56,665 bases of DNA from contig JAERMM010000006.1 of the NCBI GenBank assembly GCA_016844585.1, positions 1 through 56,665 on the forward strand. The letters run 5' to 3'. The stretch comes from Chloroflexota bacterium (lineage in GTDB: Bacteria; Chloroflexota; UBA6077; SHYK01). The first letter of the stretch is position 1, and every line of letters starts with the position of its first letter. Below, piece by piece: positions 26,854 to 36,180 of this stretch. The position numbers were made by a program, and so were the translations under genes. The notes under the pieces were generated by a model. It ran no database searches. It was not told the DNA's origin and worked only from the letters and a program-made list of their open reading frames with translations.

Positions 26854-28104
26854 GTGGCCGCGTTTCTCCTTCTCGCGGCTGGCATCCTTGTAGGGGTGAT
26901 CCGCGAGCAGGCAGCACTCGTCATGCTGTGCTGTCTGTTGCTCGTCGCCGGCTTGTCGTCGTTGGCGTGGTCCCGTCGCTCAACAGGCAACCTTTCCTAT
27001 AGACGCTCCTTCGATCCGCCGCGTATCTTTCCCGGTGAGCGCACTGAATACATCGTAGAGATTGAGAACGGAAAGCTTCTGCCGCTGCCCTGGGTGAGGC
27101 TGGACGAGCATCTTCCGGCCGCGCTCACGCCAGCACAAGCCGTTGGCGTGATGATCAGCAGCGACGAAGGATGGCAGCGACGGCGAACGGTTTCACTCGG
27201 GTGGCGAGAGCGGCTCGTCCTTCGTCAGTCATTCACCGCCACCAAACGCGGCGAGTACATGGCTGGCCCGACCGATGTCGAAACCGGTGATCCACTGGGT
27301 TTCTTCCCAACCCATTTGCGCATACCGGAATCGCGCGCTCTTCTCGTCTACCCGCGTGTTGCGGCGCTCGAACCAATGCTCAGCACCTCGCGCGCCCCGT
27401 TCGGGATTGCGCCCGCCCGCCCGCCGGTCATGGAAGACCCGATCCGGTTCGCCGGCATCCGTGACTATCGGGCGGGGGACCCGATGCGCTGGGTGGACTG
27501 GAAAGCGACCGCCCGCCGAATGAAGCTGCAGACACGAGTATTTGCGCCGACCACGCTGAACAACGTCATTGTTGCGCTCAACGTTCAGACGATGGCTTTC
27601 ACCTGGCAAGGGTACGATGTCACACGGCTGGAGGAAGCGATCGGTGTCGCGGCAGCACTGGTGCGCGATGCACTGTCCACACGACAGCCCGTGGGGCTCG
27701 CGGCGAACGCCAGCGGCTCCGGGATGGAGGACTTTCAGGTTTTCCTCCCGCCCAACCGTCGTCCGTCTCAGCTCGAGGACACCCTCGCGGTGCTCGCCCG
27801 CCTCGCGCCTTTGCCCACGATGGCCTTCGGAACCTTCCTGCGGCGAATTGCCGCGAACTTTCCATACGGCGCCAGCCTGATGGTGGTCACGGCGTTCCTG
27901 GACGCAGAGACCGCGGAGGATCTTGCCCTCCTGGCCGAGAGAGGCCACGGCGTCTCCCTCGTCTACCTCGGAGATCGGTTGCCCGTGAGTGTCCCGGCAG
28001 CAGTCCACGTAACCTGCATGCCAGAAGTAGCGTTTGAGCCCATCCTTACCGAACCGGGACGGCCAGGTGTCACGGGTGTCACGCTGTCACACCACCCTTT
28101 TTAG
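26854..28104 (+). CDS. DUF58 domain protein (MoxR partner)
   Basis: Two N-terminal TM helices. Signature FAGIRDYRAGDPMRWVDWKATARR. Confidence 0.75.
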   Translation: MAAFLLLAAGILVGVIREQAALVMLCCLLLVAGLSSLAWSRRSTGNLSYRRSFDPPRIFPGERTEYIVEIENGKLLPLPWVRLDEHLPAALTPAQAVGVMISSDEGWQRRRTVSLGWRERLVLRQSFTATKRGEYMAGPTDVETGDPLGFFPTHLRIPESRALLVYPRVAALEPMLSTSRAPFGIAPARPPVMEDPIRFAGIRDYRAGDPMRWVDWKATARRMKLQTRVFAPTTLNNVIVALNVQTMAFTWQGYDVTRLEEAIGVAAALVRDALSTRQPVGLAANASGSGMEDFQVFLPPNRRPSQLEDTLAVLARLAPLPTMAFGTFLRRIAANFPYGASLMVVTAFLDAETAEDLALLAERGHGVSLVYLGDRLPVSVPAAVHVTCMPEVAFEPILTEPGRPGVTGVTLSHHPF

Positions 28105-28150
28105 AGAGTGCACAAACGAATGGACAACGTGAAACCGCAGACACGCGAAG

Positions 28151-29539
28151 GTGGACGCGATCGGATGGCGAATGCAGGCCGCTAGTGTCATCGCCGTCGT
28201 CGTCTGTGTGAGCTTCCTCGACGGTCTGTGGACCTGGCTCCTGGCGTCCGCCGTGGCAGAAGTGGCTGGCCAGGCGTCACCGCCGGTGGCGGTCGTCGGC
28301 GTCGTGTTGTTGGGCGCTTGGCTAACGGCGCGCTTCACCACTGCCGCGCACGTCGACGCGAAGCGACGCCGTTGGATCCTGGCTGGTGGTGGGTTGGCAA
28401 TTGCCTTCGCGGCTGGCACCATTCAGTCGGGGCTGATTCAGCCCCTACAGCTCGTTTTTGGACACTACGAGCCCGACTACCGCGGATCTGGAATTGTTCT
28501 TCTGATCCTCTTCGTCTACCTCTGGGCTCGTGGGCTTCAGCTATCAGCCAGGGTCACCCGCGAGCACGTCATTGGCCACATCGGTTTCGCCGCCAGCGCA
28601 CTCGCAACCGTCTTGCTCTTCCTGCCTCTTACCCAGACGGTACAGGAGCGGGCGCTCCCTGTGGTGGTGGAAGCGTTTTTCCTCGCTGTGTCCGCGTTGT
28701 TTCTTACGCAGGTCGCTGGGGCTCAGTCACGCAGCTTGACCAGGTTCGGTTGGGCGAGCATCGCGACAGGGGCCGCCATTCTGGTCCTGCTGGCGGCGGC
28801 TGCCCTTACTGGCGTCATCGCCTCGACGCAGCTTGCCTTCGTTGAACGTCCATTTGCTGAGCTTGCGCGTGCCTTGCTGCCGGTGGCAAATGTAGTACTG
28901 CTCGCCGCGGGATACGGAGCCCAGGCGATAGCAATGCTGCTGCGCTGGCTGATGGACAACTCTGGCGTTGACCAAGAGGCGATCCGTCGCGGCGTGCAGC
29001 AAGCAGAGGAGGCGAGGCCCCAATTCGATTCGGATGCAATCACCGGTGCCCCGGAGGTCCTGGGGACGCTGGTCGCAGTCTTCGTCACCCTCGTCTTCGT
29101 TTTGGCCGCGGCCTCAATCCTCCACCATCTGGTCCGGCACCGCGCGAAGGGCGCCGATGACGAGGTGTGGGAAGGCCGCACGCCCGTTGCCAGCGGCCTA
29201 CGCGACGCGCCCTGGCGGCGGCTTGGCGACCTCTTGCGGCGGAGCAAGCAGCAGGGTGAGGGCGATCGGCGCTCGCAGTTGCGGCGCCACTACCGGAGCT
29301 TCCAGGAAGCGATGGCCCACGCTGGTCGACCCCGAGGGACAAGCGAGACAGCGCTCGAGTATCGAGCAGCGCTGCTGGTCCTGTATCCGTCCGAGGGTTC
29401 GAACCTGGGCGAGGTGACGGCCGCCTACACGCTAGCTCGTTACGCGCCGACCGATGCCCCGCTGCCCGATCCGGATATGATCGGCCGCTTTGTGCAAGAG
29501 CTGCGAACGGCTGCGAGACAGCGCCCTGCTACTCAATGA
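28151..29539 (+). CDS. Polytopic membrane protein with C-terminal DUF4129-like domain
   Basis: Multiple hydrophobic helices, then RRHYRSFQEAMAHAGRPRGTSETALEYRAALLVLYP...ARYAP. No transglutaminase core recognised. Confidence 0.6.
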   Translation: MDAIGWRMQAASVIAVVVCVSFLDGLWTWLLASAVAEVAGQASPPVAVVGVVLLGAWLTARFTTAAHVDAKRRRWILAGGGLAIAFAAGTIQSGLIQPLQLVFGHYEPDYRGSGIVLLILFVYLWARGLQLSARVTREHVIGHIGFAASALATVLLFLPLTQTVQERALPVVVEAFFLAVSALFLTQVAGAQSRSLTRFGWASIATGAAILVLLAAAALTGVIASTQLAFVERPFAELARALLPVANVVLLAAGYGAQAIAMLLRWLMDNSGVDQEAIRRGVQQAEEARPQFDSDAITGAPEVLGTLVAVFVTLVFVLAAASILHHLVRHRAKGADDEVWEGRTPVASGLRDAPWRRLGDLLRRSKQQGEGDRRSQLRRHYRSFQEAMAHAGRPRGTSETALEYRAALLVLYPSEGSNLGEVTAAYTLARYAPTDAPLPDPDMIGRFVQELRTAARQRPATQ

Positions 29540-30239
29540 GCACATCCCCGACCACGACCTCGCAAATGCTCCCATCCGCAATCCTAAGCCTTAGCGCTCC
29601 GGACCGCGAAACCCCTACCGCAGCCCCCGTCAAAACCACACGCCCATCATCGACCCGCACCTGTTGCTGCCGACGCCATAGAAGTGTCTGCCATCGCGCA
29701 TGCAGATGCCGAATGAACACCGGGTCCGGCAGCCCGAGAAGCACGTCGAGCCGCTCCAGCATGGCGTAGAGCATCGGCTCGCGGGCGACCGGTCGCCCTA
29801 GCTCGGCGCTCAACGACGTCGCGGTGTCGGGCACATTGTCGGCCCCCGCATTCAGGTTCACGTTGAGGCCGAGGCCGACGATGGTGGCTAAGTTCCCGTT
29901 TCGAGCAATGACCTCAGTCAACACGCCGCCCGCTTTCCGGTCGCCGATCATCAGGTCATTGGGCCATTTGATGCGCGATGCGATCCCGGTCTGTCGCGCA
30001 ATTGCCTCAGTCGCGGCGACCGCGCACGCAGCTGTGAGATAGACAGATGGGGCCTGACGTCGCAGAACGATGGACATGAGCAGACTGCTGCCGGGCGGTG
30101 CAACCCACGAGCGGCCGAGACGCCCGCGCCCTGCAGTCTGCTCGTTAGCGAGAACGATAGTCCGCTCCGGGCATCCAGCGCGCGCGAGGCTCGCCGCGTC
30201 GTCGTTCGTGCTCGCAGTTGCCCGATGGTAGTGCAGCAC
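29529..30239 (-). CDS. birA: Biotin--[acetyl-CoA-carboxylase] ligase (no HTH domain)
   Basis: QTAGRGRLGRSWVAPPGSSL and IKWPNDLMIGDRKAGGVLTE. Confidence 0.85.
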   Translation of the reverse strand: MLHYHRATASTNDDAASLARAGCPERTIVLANEQTAGRGRLGRSWVAPPGSSLLMSIVLRRQAPSVYLTAACAVAATEAIARQTGIASRIKWPNDLMIGDRKAGGVLTEVIARNGNLATIVGLGLNVNLNAGADNVPDTATSLSAELGRPVAREPMLYAMLERLDVLLGLPDPVFIRHLHARWQTLLWRRQQQVRVDDGRVVLTGAAVGVSRSGALRLRIADGSICEVVVGDVLIE

Positions 30240-30277
30240 CCAGCCCGAAGGAGTCTCCCAACCAGACGCGGGGATGC

Positions 30278-31273
30278 CTATCGGTGGGCAGCGAGGCGCT
30301 TGCGGGATTTGGACGGGCGATCCAACACCGAGGACACTACCTCGTGCCCATTGTCAGAGTGCCCGTTTCTAGCGGGACTGAGCGAAGTCGTCAGCGCCTG
30401 ACGAAGGTAGCTCAGAAACTCCTGCGCCATCGGCGAAAGGCTGCTCGGCGCTCCATGAACGAGGCCAAGCTCCAGATGAAGCTCGACGGACGGAATGCGC
30501 AGCTCACAGAGCAATCCATGCTGCAGCTCCCACTCAGCGCCGAGCCTGAATCCAATTCCGATCCCCAGCCCCTGCTGCGCGGCACGCTTGATGCCTTCGG
30601 CGCCATCGAGCTGCATGTGCACAGGCAAGTTGCCGAGACCATTTGCTTGCAGCAGGCCGTCGATCGCGCGCCGGTAGCTCGTCCCCTTCGGGGCCATGAC
30701 GAAGGACTCGTTCAGTAGCTCCTCAACCGACACCGAATCATGGGTTGCGAGCCGGTGGCTCGGCGCACACATAAAGATCACTTCCTCACGGCCCACGGTC
30801 TCCACATCGAGCTGTGAGGGGATGTCGCGCGCGATCAGAACGGCACAGTCGATAGTGCCCGATTCGATCTCGTTGCAAATCTCGGCGCGCTCGCCAAGTC
30901 GGACGACGATCTCTGCCTCGGCGTGCTCTCGCTTGAACGGGCTGAGGATAGGGGGAAGGACATAGCTGCCGAGCGTCATCGTTGCCCCGATGACGACGCG
31001 GCCGCTGCGCGCGTGCTTCAACTCGTCAACGACGCGACGGGCGTTAGCCTCGGTGCTGAGCACCTCTCGTGCCCAATCGTATACCGTGCGGCCGGCCTCG
31101 GTAAGCACGGTTCGGTGCCTCCGGCGCTCCAGTAGCTGAACGCCGAAGTGGCGCTCCACGACCTGGACCTGCATGCTGACAGCAGGCTGGGTCATGATCA
31201 ACTGCTCGGCCGCGGCGCTGTAGCTCTCGCGCTCAACCACCGTGCAGAACACTTCGAGGTGTCTAAGATTCAC
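30278..31273 (-). CDS. LysR-family transcriptional regulator
   Basis: N-terminal wHTH MNLRHLEVFCTVVERESYSAAAEQLIMTQPAVSMQVQVVERHFG plus a LysR substrate-binding domain. Confidence 0.9.
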   Translation of the reverse strand: MNLRHLEVFCTVVERESYSAAAEQLIMTQPAVSMQVQVVERHFGVQLLERRRHRTVLTEAGRTVYDWAREVLSTEANARRVVDELKHARSGRVVIGATMTLGSYVLPPILSPFKREHAEAEIVVRLGERAEICNEIESGTIDCAVLIARDIPSQLDVETVGREEVIFMCAPSHRLATHDSVSVEELLNESFVMAPKGTSYRRAIDGLLQANGLGNLPVHMQLDGAEGIKRAAQQGLGIGIGFRLGAEWELQHGLLCELRIPSVELHLELGLVHGAPSSLSPMAQEFLSYLRQALTTSLSPARNGHSDNGHEVVSSVLDRPSKSRKRLAAHR

Positions 31274-31322
31274 GACTCTTCCCCGGAACGCCCGGAATCA
31301 AGTCTGCCGATGATAGCAGAAG

Positions 31323-32675
31323 TCAAATGGGGACCGCTGGTGAGCTAGTCGCCGCCTGCTCGTCGATGCGCTTCCGAACCCGCACCCGCGACACGCGCAG
31401 ACCATCCATGTCATCGACGATGAAGGTTCGGCCATCCGCGTCGATCGTGTCGCCTACGATTGGACGCCTGCCCAGCCGGCCAAAGATCAGGCCGCCCAAC
31501 GTGTCGTAGTCATCCTCGTCCAGTTGAACGCCGAGAGCGGCCGCCACGTCGGACAACAGGGCAAGACCATCAACCGACGCGGAGCCGTCAGGGAGCCACT
31601 CGACCTGAGGGATCTCGGCTCGGGCCTCGTCCCCAACCTCACCGGCAATGCGATCCAACAGGTCGCGCAGGGTAACTACCCCAGCGGTGACACCGTATTC
31701 GTCGACCACGATGGCGAGGTGGCTCCGCTCCTGTTTCATCGCCGCCAGCAGCTTGTCGGCACGCATTGACTCAGGCACAAACATGGGTGGGTGCATGAAG
31801 CGTGTGAGGTCGAATACGGCGCCATCAGTCGAGGACAGCCCGACAAGCCCCCCCACCAGGCTCTTCGCCGCCACGACTCCAAGGATATTGTCGGGGCTAT
31901 CGTCGAAAACAGGGTATCGCGAATGCTGAAAGCGCTGCATGAGGTCGGCAAACCGCGTTAGCTCAATGGTCTTGGGAAGCGAAACCATTTCCGTTCTTGG
32001 GACCATCACGTGATGCGCCTCGAGGCGGGCGAAGTCGAGGGCGCGCTCGACCAGTTGTTGCGGGTCCGCCGCCAGCGACCCCGCGGCACGGCTCGACTGC
32101 AGCATCAACTTCAGGTCTTCTGTCGAGTACGACTGGTGATTCTCCGACTGCCAGCGTGTGCCCATCAGTCGAAGCACCAGATCGGTAAACCAGTACAGGA
32201 GAGCAATGAATGGGCGGAACACCAGGCCGATGAGGTTCGTAGGACCGACGGTAAAAAGGGCTGTGGCCTCACCCTTTTGCAGCGCAAGCATCTTCGGAAC
32301 CTGCTCGCCAAGAGTAATGTGGAAGAACGTGATGGCGGTAAACGCGATGGCAACCGCGAACACGTGGGAGGTCAGACCCGCAAAGCCCTGGGGGAAAACA
32401 GCCGCGAGGGGCGGCTCGAGAAGCTCGGCCACTACCCCTTCGCCAATCCAGCCCAGGGCAAGCGACGCCACGGTAATACCAAGCTGGCAAGCAGAAATGA
32501 AGCGATTGGGGTCCTTGATAGCGCGGAGCACGGCCACAGCGGCCCGATTGCCGCGCGCGGCAAGCTGCTCAATGCGGGTCCTGCGTGCGGTGACCAGAGC
32601 GAATTCGGCGGCGACAAAGAATCCGTTTGCCGCGACCAATGCCAGGACCACCGCCAGGCGTAAGCCTACGTCCAT
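31323..32675 (-). CDS. CNNM/HlyC-CorC family protein (DUF21-CBS pair-CorC_HlyC)
   Basis: ANGFFVAAEFALV (DUF21), CBS-pair region, and C-terminal DGLRVSRVRV. ATG 32675 (MDVGLRL) is preferred over the 32756 extension. Confidence 0.85.
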   Translation of the reverse strand: MDVGLRLAVVLALVAANGFFVAAEFALVTARRTRIEQLAARGNRAAVAVLRAIKDPNRFISACQLGITVASLALGWIGEGVVAELLEPPLAAVFPQGFAGLTSHVFAVAIAFTAITFFHITLGEQVPKMLALQKGEATALFTVGPTNLIGLVFRPFIALLYWFTDLVLRLMGTRWQSENHQSYSTEDLKLMLQSSRAAGSLAADPQQLVERALDFARLEAHHVMVPRTEMVSLPKTIELTRFADLMQRFQHSRYPVFDDSPDNILGVVAAKSLVGGLVGLSSTDGAVFDLTRFMHPPMFVPESMRADKLLAAMKQERSHLAIVVDEYGVTAGVVTLRDLLDRIAGEVGDEARAEIPQVEWLPDGSASVDGLALLSDVAAALGVQLDEDDYDTLGGLIFGRLGRRPIVGDTIDADGRTFIVDDMDGLRVSRVRVRKRIDEQAATSSPAVPI

Positions 32676-32983
32676 ATGCACCGCGGGCCGAGTCTTAGGA
32701 CATCGGCGTCCCCGCCCCGCAATCGAATCGTAGAGGCAACACGCAGGTGATGTCAATCAGAGCGTGCGTTGCGCAGTGTCGAGGACCATTAGAATGCTCG
32801 CAAGATCCCTGGACACAGTCTGATCCGCGATGTGACCGCCACATTCGACGCCAGGGGTGAGATAGCCCATTACGACATTGAGGATTTGTAGGGGTCGCGG
32901 GAATCTCACGCACAGCACCTGCGTTACGATTACCGGGACAGAACAGGCAGCGCCGGACCGATGCTATACTCAGGTTCTGGCTC

Positions 32984-33055
32984 GGGCCCGTAGCTCAGCG
33001 GTAGAGCAGTCGCCTTATAAGCGACATGCCGAAGGTTCAACTCCTTCCGGGCCTA
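32984..33055 (+). tRNA. tRNA-Ile with anticodon UAU (gene TAT)
   Basis: Hand fold: acceptor GGGCCCG/CGGGCCT (G1-U72), D arm GCTC-AGCGGTA-GAGC, anticodon arm GTCGC-CTTATAA-GCGAC, variable ATGCC, T arm GAAGG-TTCAACT-CCTTC, discriminator A. IleRS identity features are present: A37, A38, A73, C4-G69, U12-A23 and C29-G41. TATACT -10 lies at 32964-32969. Confidence 0.8.
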
Positions 33056-33130
33056 CCCCTACGTCGCCCCCCGAATCAGTTATTTGCCATGGGCCGCCCC
33101 CGCAGTCCATCCCCCGGAGTGTTCCACCCC

Positions 33131-34420
33131 TTGAGACTTACGCAGTCTGAACCATGGCTGCACGTCGCGGCCATCTCCGTCCACGCATGTCCGCTCGCCG
33201 CTCCAGGCGCCTGGGAGACAGGCGGAATGAACGTCTACATTCGCGAGGTGAGTCGCCACCTCAGCAGGCTCGGCGTTGCAGTCGACGTGTACACCCGCCT
33301 CCAGGGCCCTGAACACTCTATGGTGGCGCAGCTTGCGGAACATGCGCGGGTTATTCACATCCCCGCTGGACCGGCACGCTACATGCCAAAGGAGCAAGTT
33401 ATCCAGCATTTGCCCGAGTTCATATGCAACATGCGAGAATTCCTCAACAACGATGAAGCCACTTATGACGTCGTCCACGCCCACTACTGGCTGTCCGGCC
33501 GGGTAGCCGGCTACTTCAAGAATGTATGGCACGTTCCGATGGTTGCGATGTTCCATACGCTCGCTGAGATGAAGAATCAGGTTTCGTCCAGCGTCGACGA
33601 GACCGAAAGCGATGTCCGTTTCGATATCGAGCAGCTCACTGTGGAAACCGCTGATCGCGTCGTCGCATCGACGCCGGCCGATCGCGCACACCTCGGCGCC
33701 TACTACGGAGCCGACGACGCTCAACTGGTGACCGTCCCTTGCGGCGTGGACCTCGAAACCTTCCAGCCAGGACCACAACGAGCAGCCAGACACGCACTTG
33801 GGCTGGGTGATGAGCCGGTTTTGCTGTTTGTCGGACGCATACAGCAGCTCAAGGGCATCGAGATTCTGCTGCGCGCAGCCGCTGCGCTCAAGTCCGCAAT
33901 TCCGCAATTCCGAGTGCTAATCGTGGGCGGTCGTCCGAGTGGCGACGCGGACGACCCGGAGGCGCGCGAGTTCGTTCGTCTAAAGACAATCACTCGAAAC
34001 CTTGGCATCGAGGATGTCGTCCAGTGGGTCGGCGCTGTCGAGCACGAGGAGCTGCCCTGCTACTACCAGGCGGCTGATGTCACCGTCATGCCATCAACCT
34101 ATGAATCGTTCGGCCTCGTGGCCATCGAGTCGATGGCCTGCGGGACACCTGTCGTTGCCGCTCGCGTCGGTGGGCTTGAGTCAACCATTCAGGATGATGA
34201 GACAGGCTACCTCATTGCCCGGCGCGATCCCGACCTTTATGCCGCCCGCATCGGTGAGCTGCTTCGCCAGCCGTCGTTGCGTGAACAGATGGGTCGACAG
34301 GCGCGCATGCGGGCAGAGACGTTCGGTTGGAGGAACGTCGCGCAGCAGTTGGCAGCCATGTACGCGTCTCTGGCTCCGGCTGAGCGCTCTACGCGGTCAC
34401 CCGTTCTATCGAGGAGCTAG
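33131..34420 (+). CDS. GT4-family glycosyltransferase, MshA-like
   Basis: ISVHACPLAAPGAWETGGMNVYIREVSRHLSRLG, LFVGRIQQLKG and PSTYESFGLVAIESMACGTPVVA. Start uncertain (TTG 33131). The ORF-track start at 33026 overlaps the tRNA. Confidence 0.8.
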   Translation: MRLTQSEPWLHVAAISVHACPLAAPGAWETGGMNVYIREVSRHLSRLGVAVDVYTRLQGPEHSMVAQLAEHARVIHIPAGPARYMPKEQVIQHLPEFICNMREFLNNDEATYDVVHAHYWLSGRVAGYFKNVWHVPMVAMFHTLAEMKNQVSSSVDETESDVRFDIEQLTVETADRVVASTPADRAHLGAYYGADDAQLVTVPCGVDLETFQPGPQRAARHALGLGDEPVLLFVGRIQQLKGIEILLRAAAALKSAIPQFRVLIVGGRPSGDADDPEAREFVRLKTITRNLGIEDVVQWVGAVEHEELPCYYQAADVTVMPSTYESFGLVAIESMACGTPVVAARVGGLESTIQDDETGYLIARRDPDLYAARIGELLRQPSLREQMGRQARMRAETFGWRNVAQQLAAMYASLAPAERSTRSPVLSRS

Positions 34421-34423
34421 GCG

Positions 34424-35125
34424 ATGGAACCGGGCGCCGTCCCCGACCGCAAAGTGATCCTTGGCGTCCAGGCTCACCCGGACGACATCGACTTCTCCTC
34501 CGGGGGGACCATCGCGGCTTTCGTCAAGCAGGGCCACGAGGTGCATTACCTTTCGGTCACGAGCGGGAACAAGGGCACCCACGATCGCTCGATAACCCCT
34601 GAGAAGCTAACGGAGATCCGCGAGGCCGAAGAGCGAGAGGCATCGCGCCGGCTCGGCGTCACGGCCTGTTACTTCCTTCGCTGGAACGACGGTGAACTGG
34701 AGCCGAACCTCACGCTGCGAGCCCAGATCTGCCGCGTGATCCGGCAGGTCCGACCGCATACGCTCTTGACATTCGACCCGTGGCGACCTTACCAGCTTCA
34801 CCCGGACCACCGGGCCGTGGGAATCGCCACGCTCGATGCCGCGATCGCTGCCCGTGACCATCTGTTTTTCCCGGAGCAGCTTCGCGACGGTATCGACATC
34901 GCGCGCGTTCATGAGATCTATCTGTTTGGCGCAGCGGAGCCCGACACATGGGTGGATATTTCCGATACCATCGCCATGAAGATCCAGGCGGCGTCGGCAC
35001 ATGTCAGCCAGATCGGCGATGACCTGACGGGCCGCGAAGAGCGCACGCGCGCGCGCTCGCGTGCCATTGGCGAGCCACGCGGGCTAGCTTATGCCGAAGC
35101 GTTCAAGGTGCTGCATCTGAATTGA
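34424..35125 (+). CDS. PIG-L/LmbE-family N-acetylglucosaminyl deacetylase
   Basis: ILGVQAHPDDIDFSSGGTI and YQLHPDHRAVG. Confidence 0.85.
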   Translation: MEPGAVPDRKVILGVQAHPDDIDFSSGGTIAAFVKQGHEVHYLSVTSGNKGTHDRSITPEKLTEIREAEEREASRRLGVTACYFLRWNDGELEPNLTLRAQICRVIRQVRPHTLLTFDPWRPYQLHPDHRAVGIATLDAAIAARDHLFFPEQLRDGIDIARVHEIYLFGAAEPDTWVDISDTIAMKIQAASAHVSQIGDDLTGREERTRARSRAIGEPRGLAYAEAFKVLHLN

Positions 35126-35238
35126 GTCGCCGGATATCGCGAACGTAGGAATGTTCGGGCTGTCGCACGATCAGGTGCGACCACAGTTGATTTGCAAAGA
35201 ATCTGGAACCGCGAGCTCTGGCTCGCGGTAGTGGAGAC

Positions 35239-35949
35239 GTGCTGTTGCGGAAGATCGACGCGGTGTGGAGTCTACAGGACATCGATTCCCGCGCAGAGGC
35301 AGCGCTCACCACTGCTGAGCAGTTGCGAAGTCAGATCGGCGTCCGCGGAGCGCTCGACGAACGTGAGGCAGAGATCCAGCTGGCCGAAGCGGCGCTGCGC
35401 GTCCTGGCAGCCGAGCAGCGCGACCTCGAGTTAAAGGCCGAGGAGCGACGCGCCAAAATCGCCACGGATGAAGGCAAACTGTACGGCGGACGGGTAACCA
35501 ACCCAAAGGAGCTTCAAGACATCGAGCACGAAGTAGCTCAGGATCGGCGTCAGCTCAGTCCTATCGAAGACCGCCTACTCGAGATTCTCGACGAATCCGA
35601 GACAGCCAGCGAGCAGATTAGGCGGCTCCAGTCGGCGCTGGCAGCCGCCACTCGAAGCTGGGAGCAAGAGCAGGAGCTGGCGCGCGCGCGACTTGCATCC
35701 GCCGAGAGCACCGTGCGGGAGCTACAAGAGGGACGAGGCACAGCTCTCAAGGCGATCGACCCCGCGTTCCTCCCAAGCTACGAGACGCTGCGGCGACAGA
35801 AGGGCACCGCGGTGGCCCGCGTCGGCCAGCGTACTTGCCAGGCGTGCCGTGTCACCTTGACCCCGGTTCAGGAGCAGCGCGCCCGCCAGGGCAACGACCT
35901 GATCATGTGTCACAGCTGCGGTCGCATCCTCTTCGTCCCCATACGCTAG
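35239..35949 (+). CDS. Coiled-coil protein with C-terminal C4 zinc ribbon (COG1579-like)
   Basis: Long heptad-rich region, then CQACRVTLTP...MCHSCGRILF. Confidence 0.7.
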   Translation: MLLRKIDAVWSLQDIDSRAEAALTTAEQLRSQIGVRGALDEREAEIQLAEAALRVLAAEQRDLELKAEERRAKIATDEGKLYGGRVTNPKELQDIEHEVAQDRRQLSPIEDRLLEILDESETASEQIRRLQSALAAATRSWEQEQELARARLASAESTVRELQEGRGTALKAIDPAFLPSYETLRRQKGTAVARVGQRTCQACRVTLTPVQEQRARQGNDLIMCHSCGRILFVPIR

Positions 35950-36055
35950 AAGGCCGCCCAGGGTAACAGCCGCCCGCGCGGTGGTGGCCGCCCTTAAGCG
36001 CTCCCAGTTGCTCCCCAGCCCCCACCCCCGCTTCGCTCAATGTGAACGCGCGCTT

Positions 36056-36089
36056 TGTCAATTACGGGCATGCATATCCGTAATTGACA
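36056..36089. promoter_or_regulatory. 12-bp perfect inverted repeat upstream of mraZ (operator or terminator-like hairpin)
   Basis: TGTCAATTACGG-gcatgcatat-CCGTAATTGACA. The right arm contains TTGACA. Confidence 0.3.
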
Positions 36090-36138
36090 TGTAAGCCTTT
36101 TGTCCCTCATGCCCGCCTGGCTACAATTGGGAGCTTTG

Positions 36139-36163
36139 TGGATAAATATGGGGAAAAGTGGGG
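36139..36163 (+). promoter_or_regulatory. Three phased TGGGN-type boxes (candidate MraZ binding sites)
   Basis: TGGAT-aaata-TGGGG-aaaag-TGGGG, 10-nt phasing, ending 18 nt before the mraZ ATG. Possible promoter TTGTCC (36100-36105), 16-nt spacer, TACAAT (36122-36127). Confidence 0.45.
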
Positions 36164-36180
36164 CTCAGGATGGATAACTG

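Noticed and set aside
33026-33130. N-terminal extensions offered by the ORF track: 33026 for the GT4 gene, 19409 for moeA, 49389 for ftsZ, 50596 for yggS, 16570 for the SBP, 48203 for ftsA and 32756 for the CNNM gene.
   Set aside because: The extensions overlap a tRNA or the preceding gene, are Arg/Pro-rich, and lie upstream of the point where family homology and a Shine-Dalgarno-like sequence begin.
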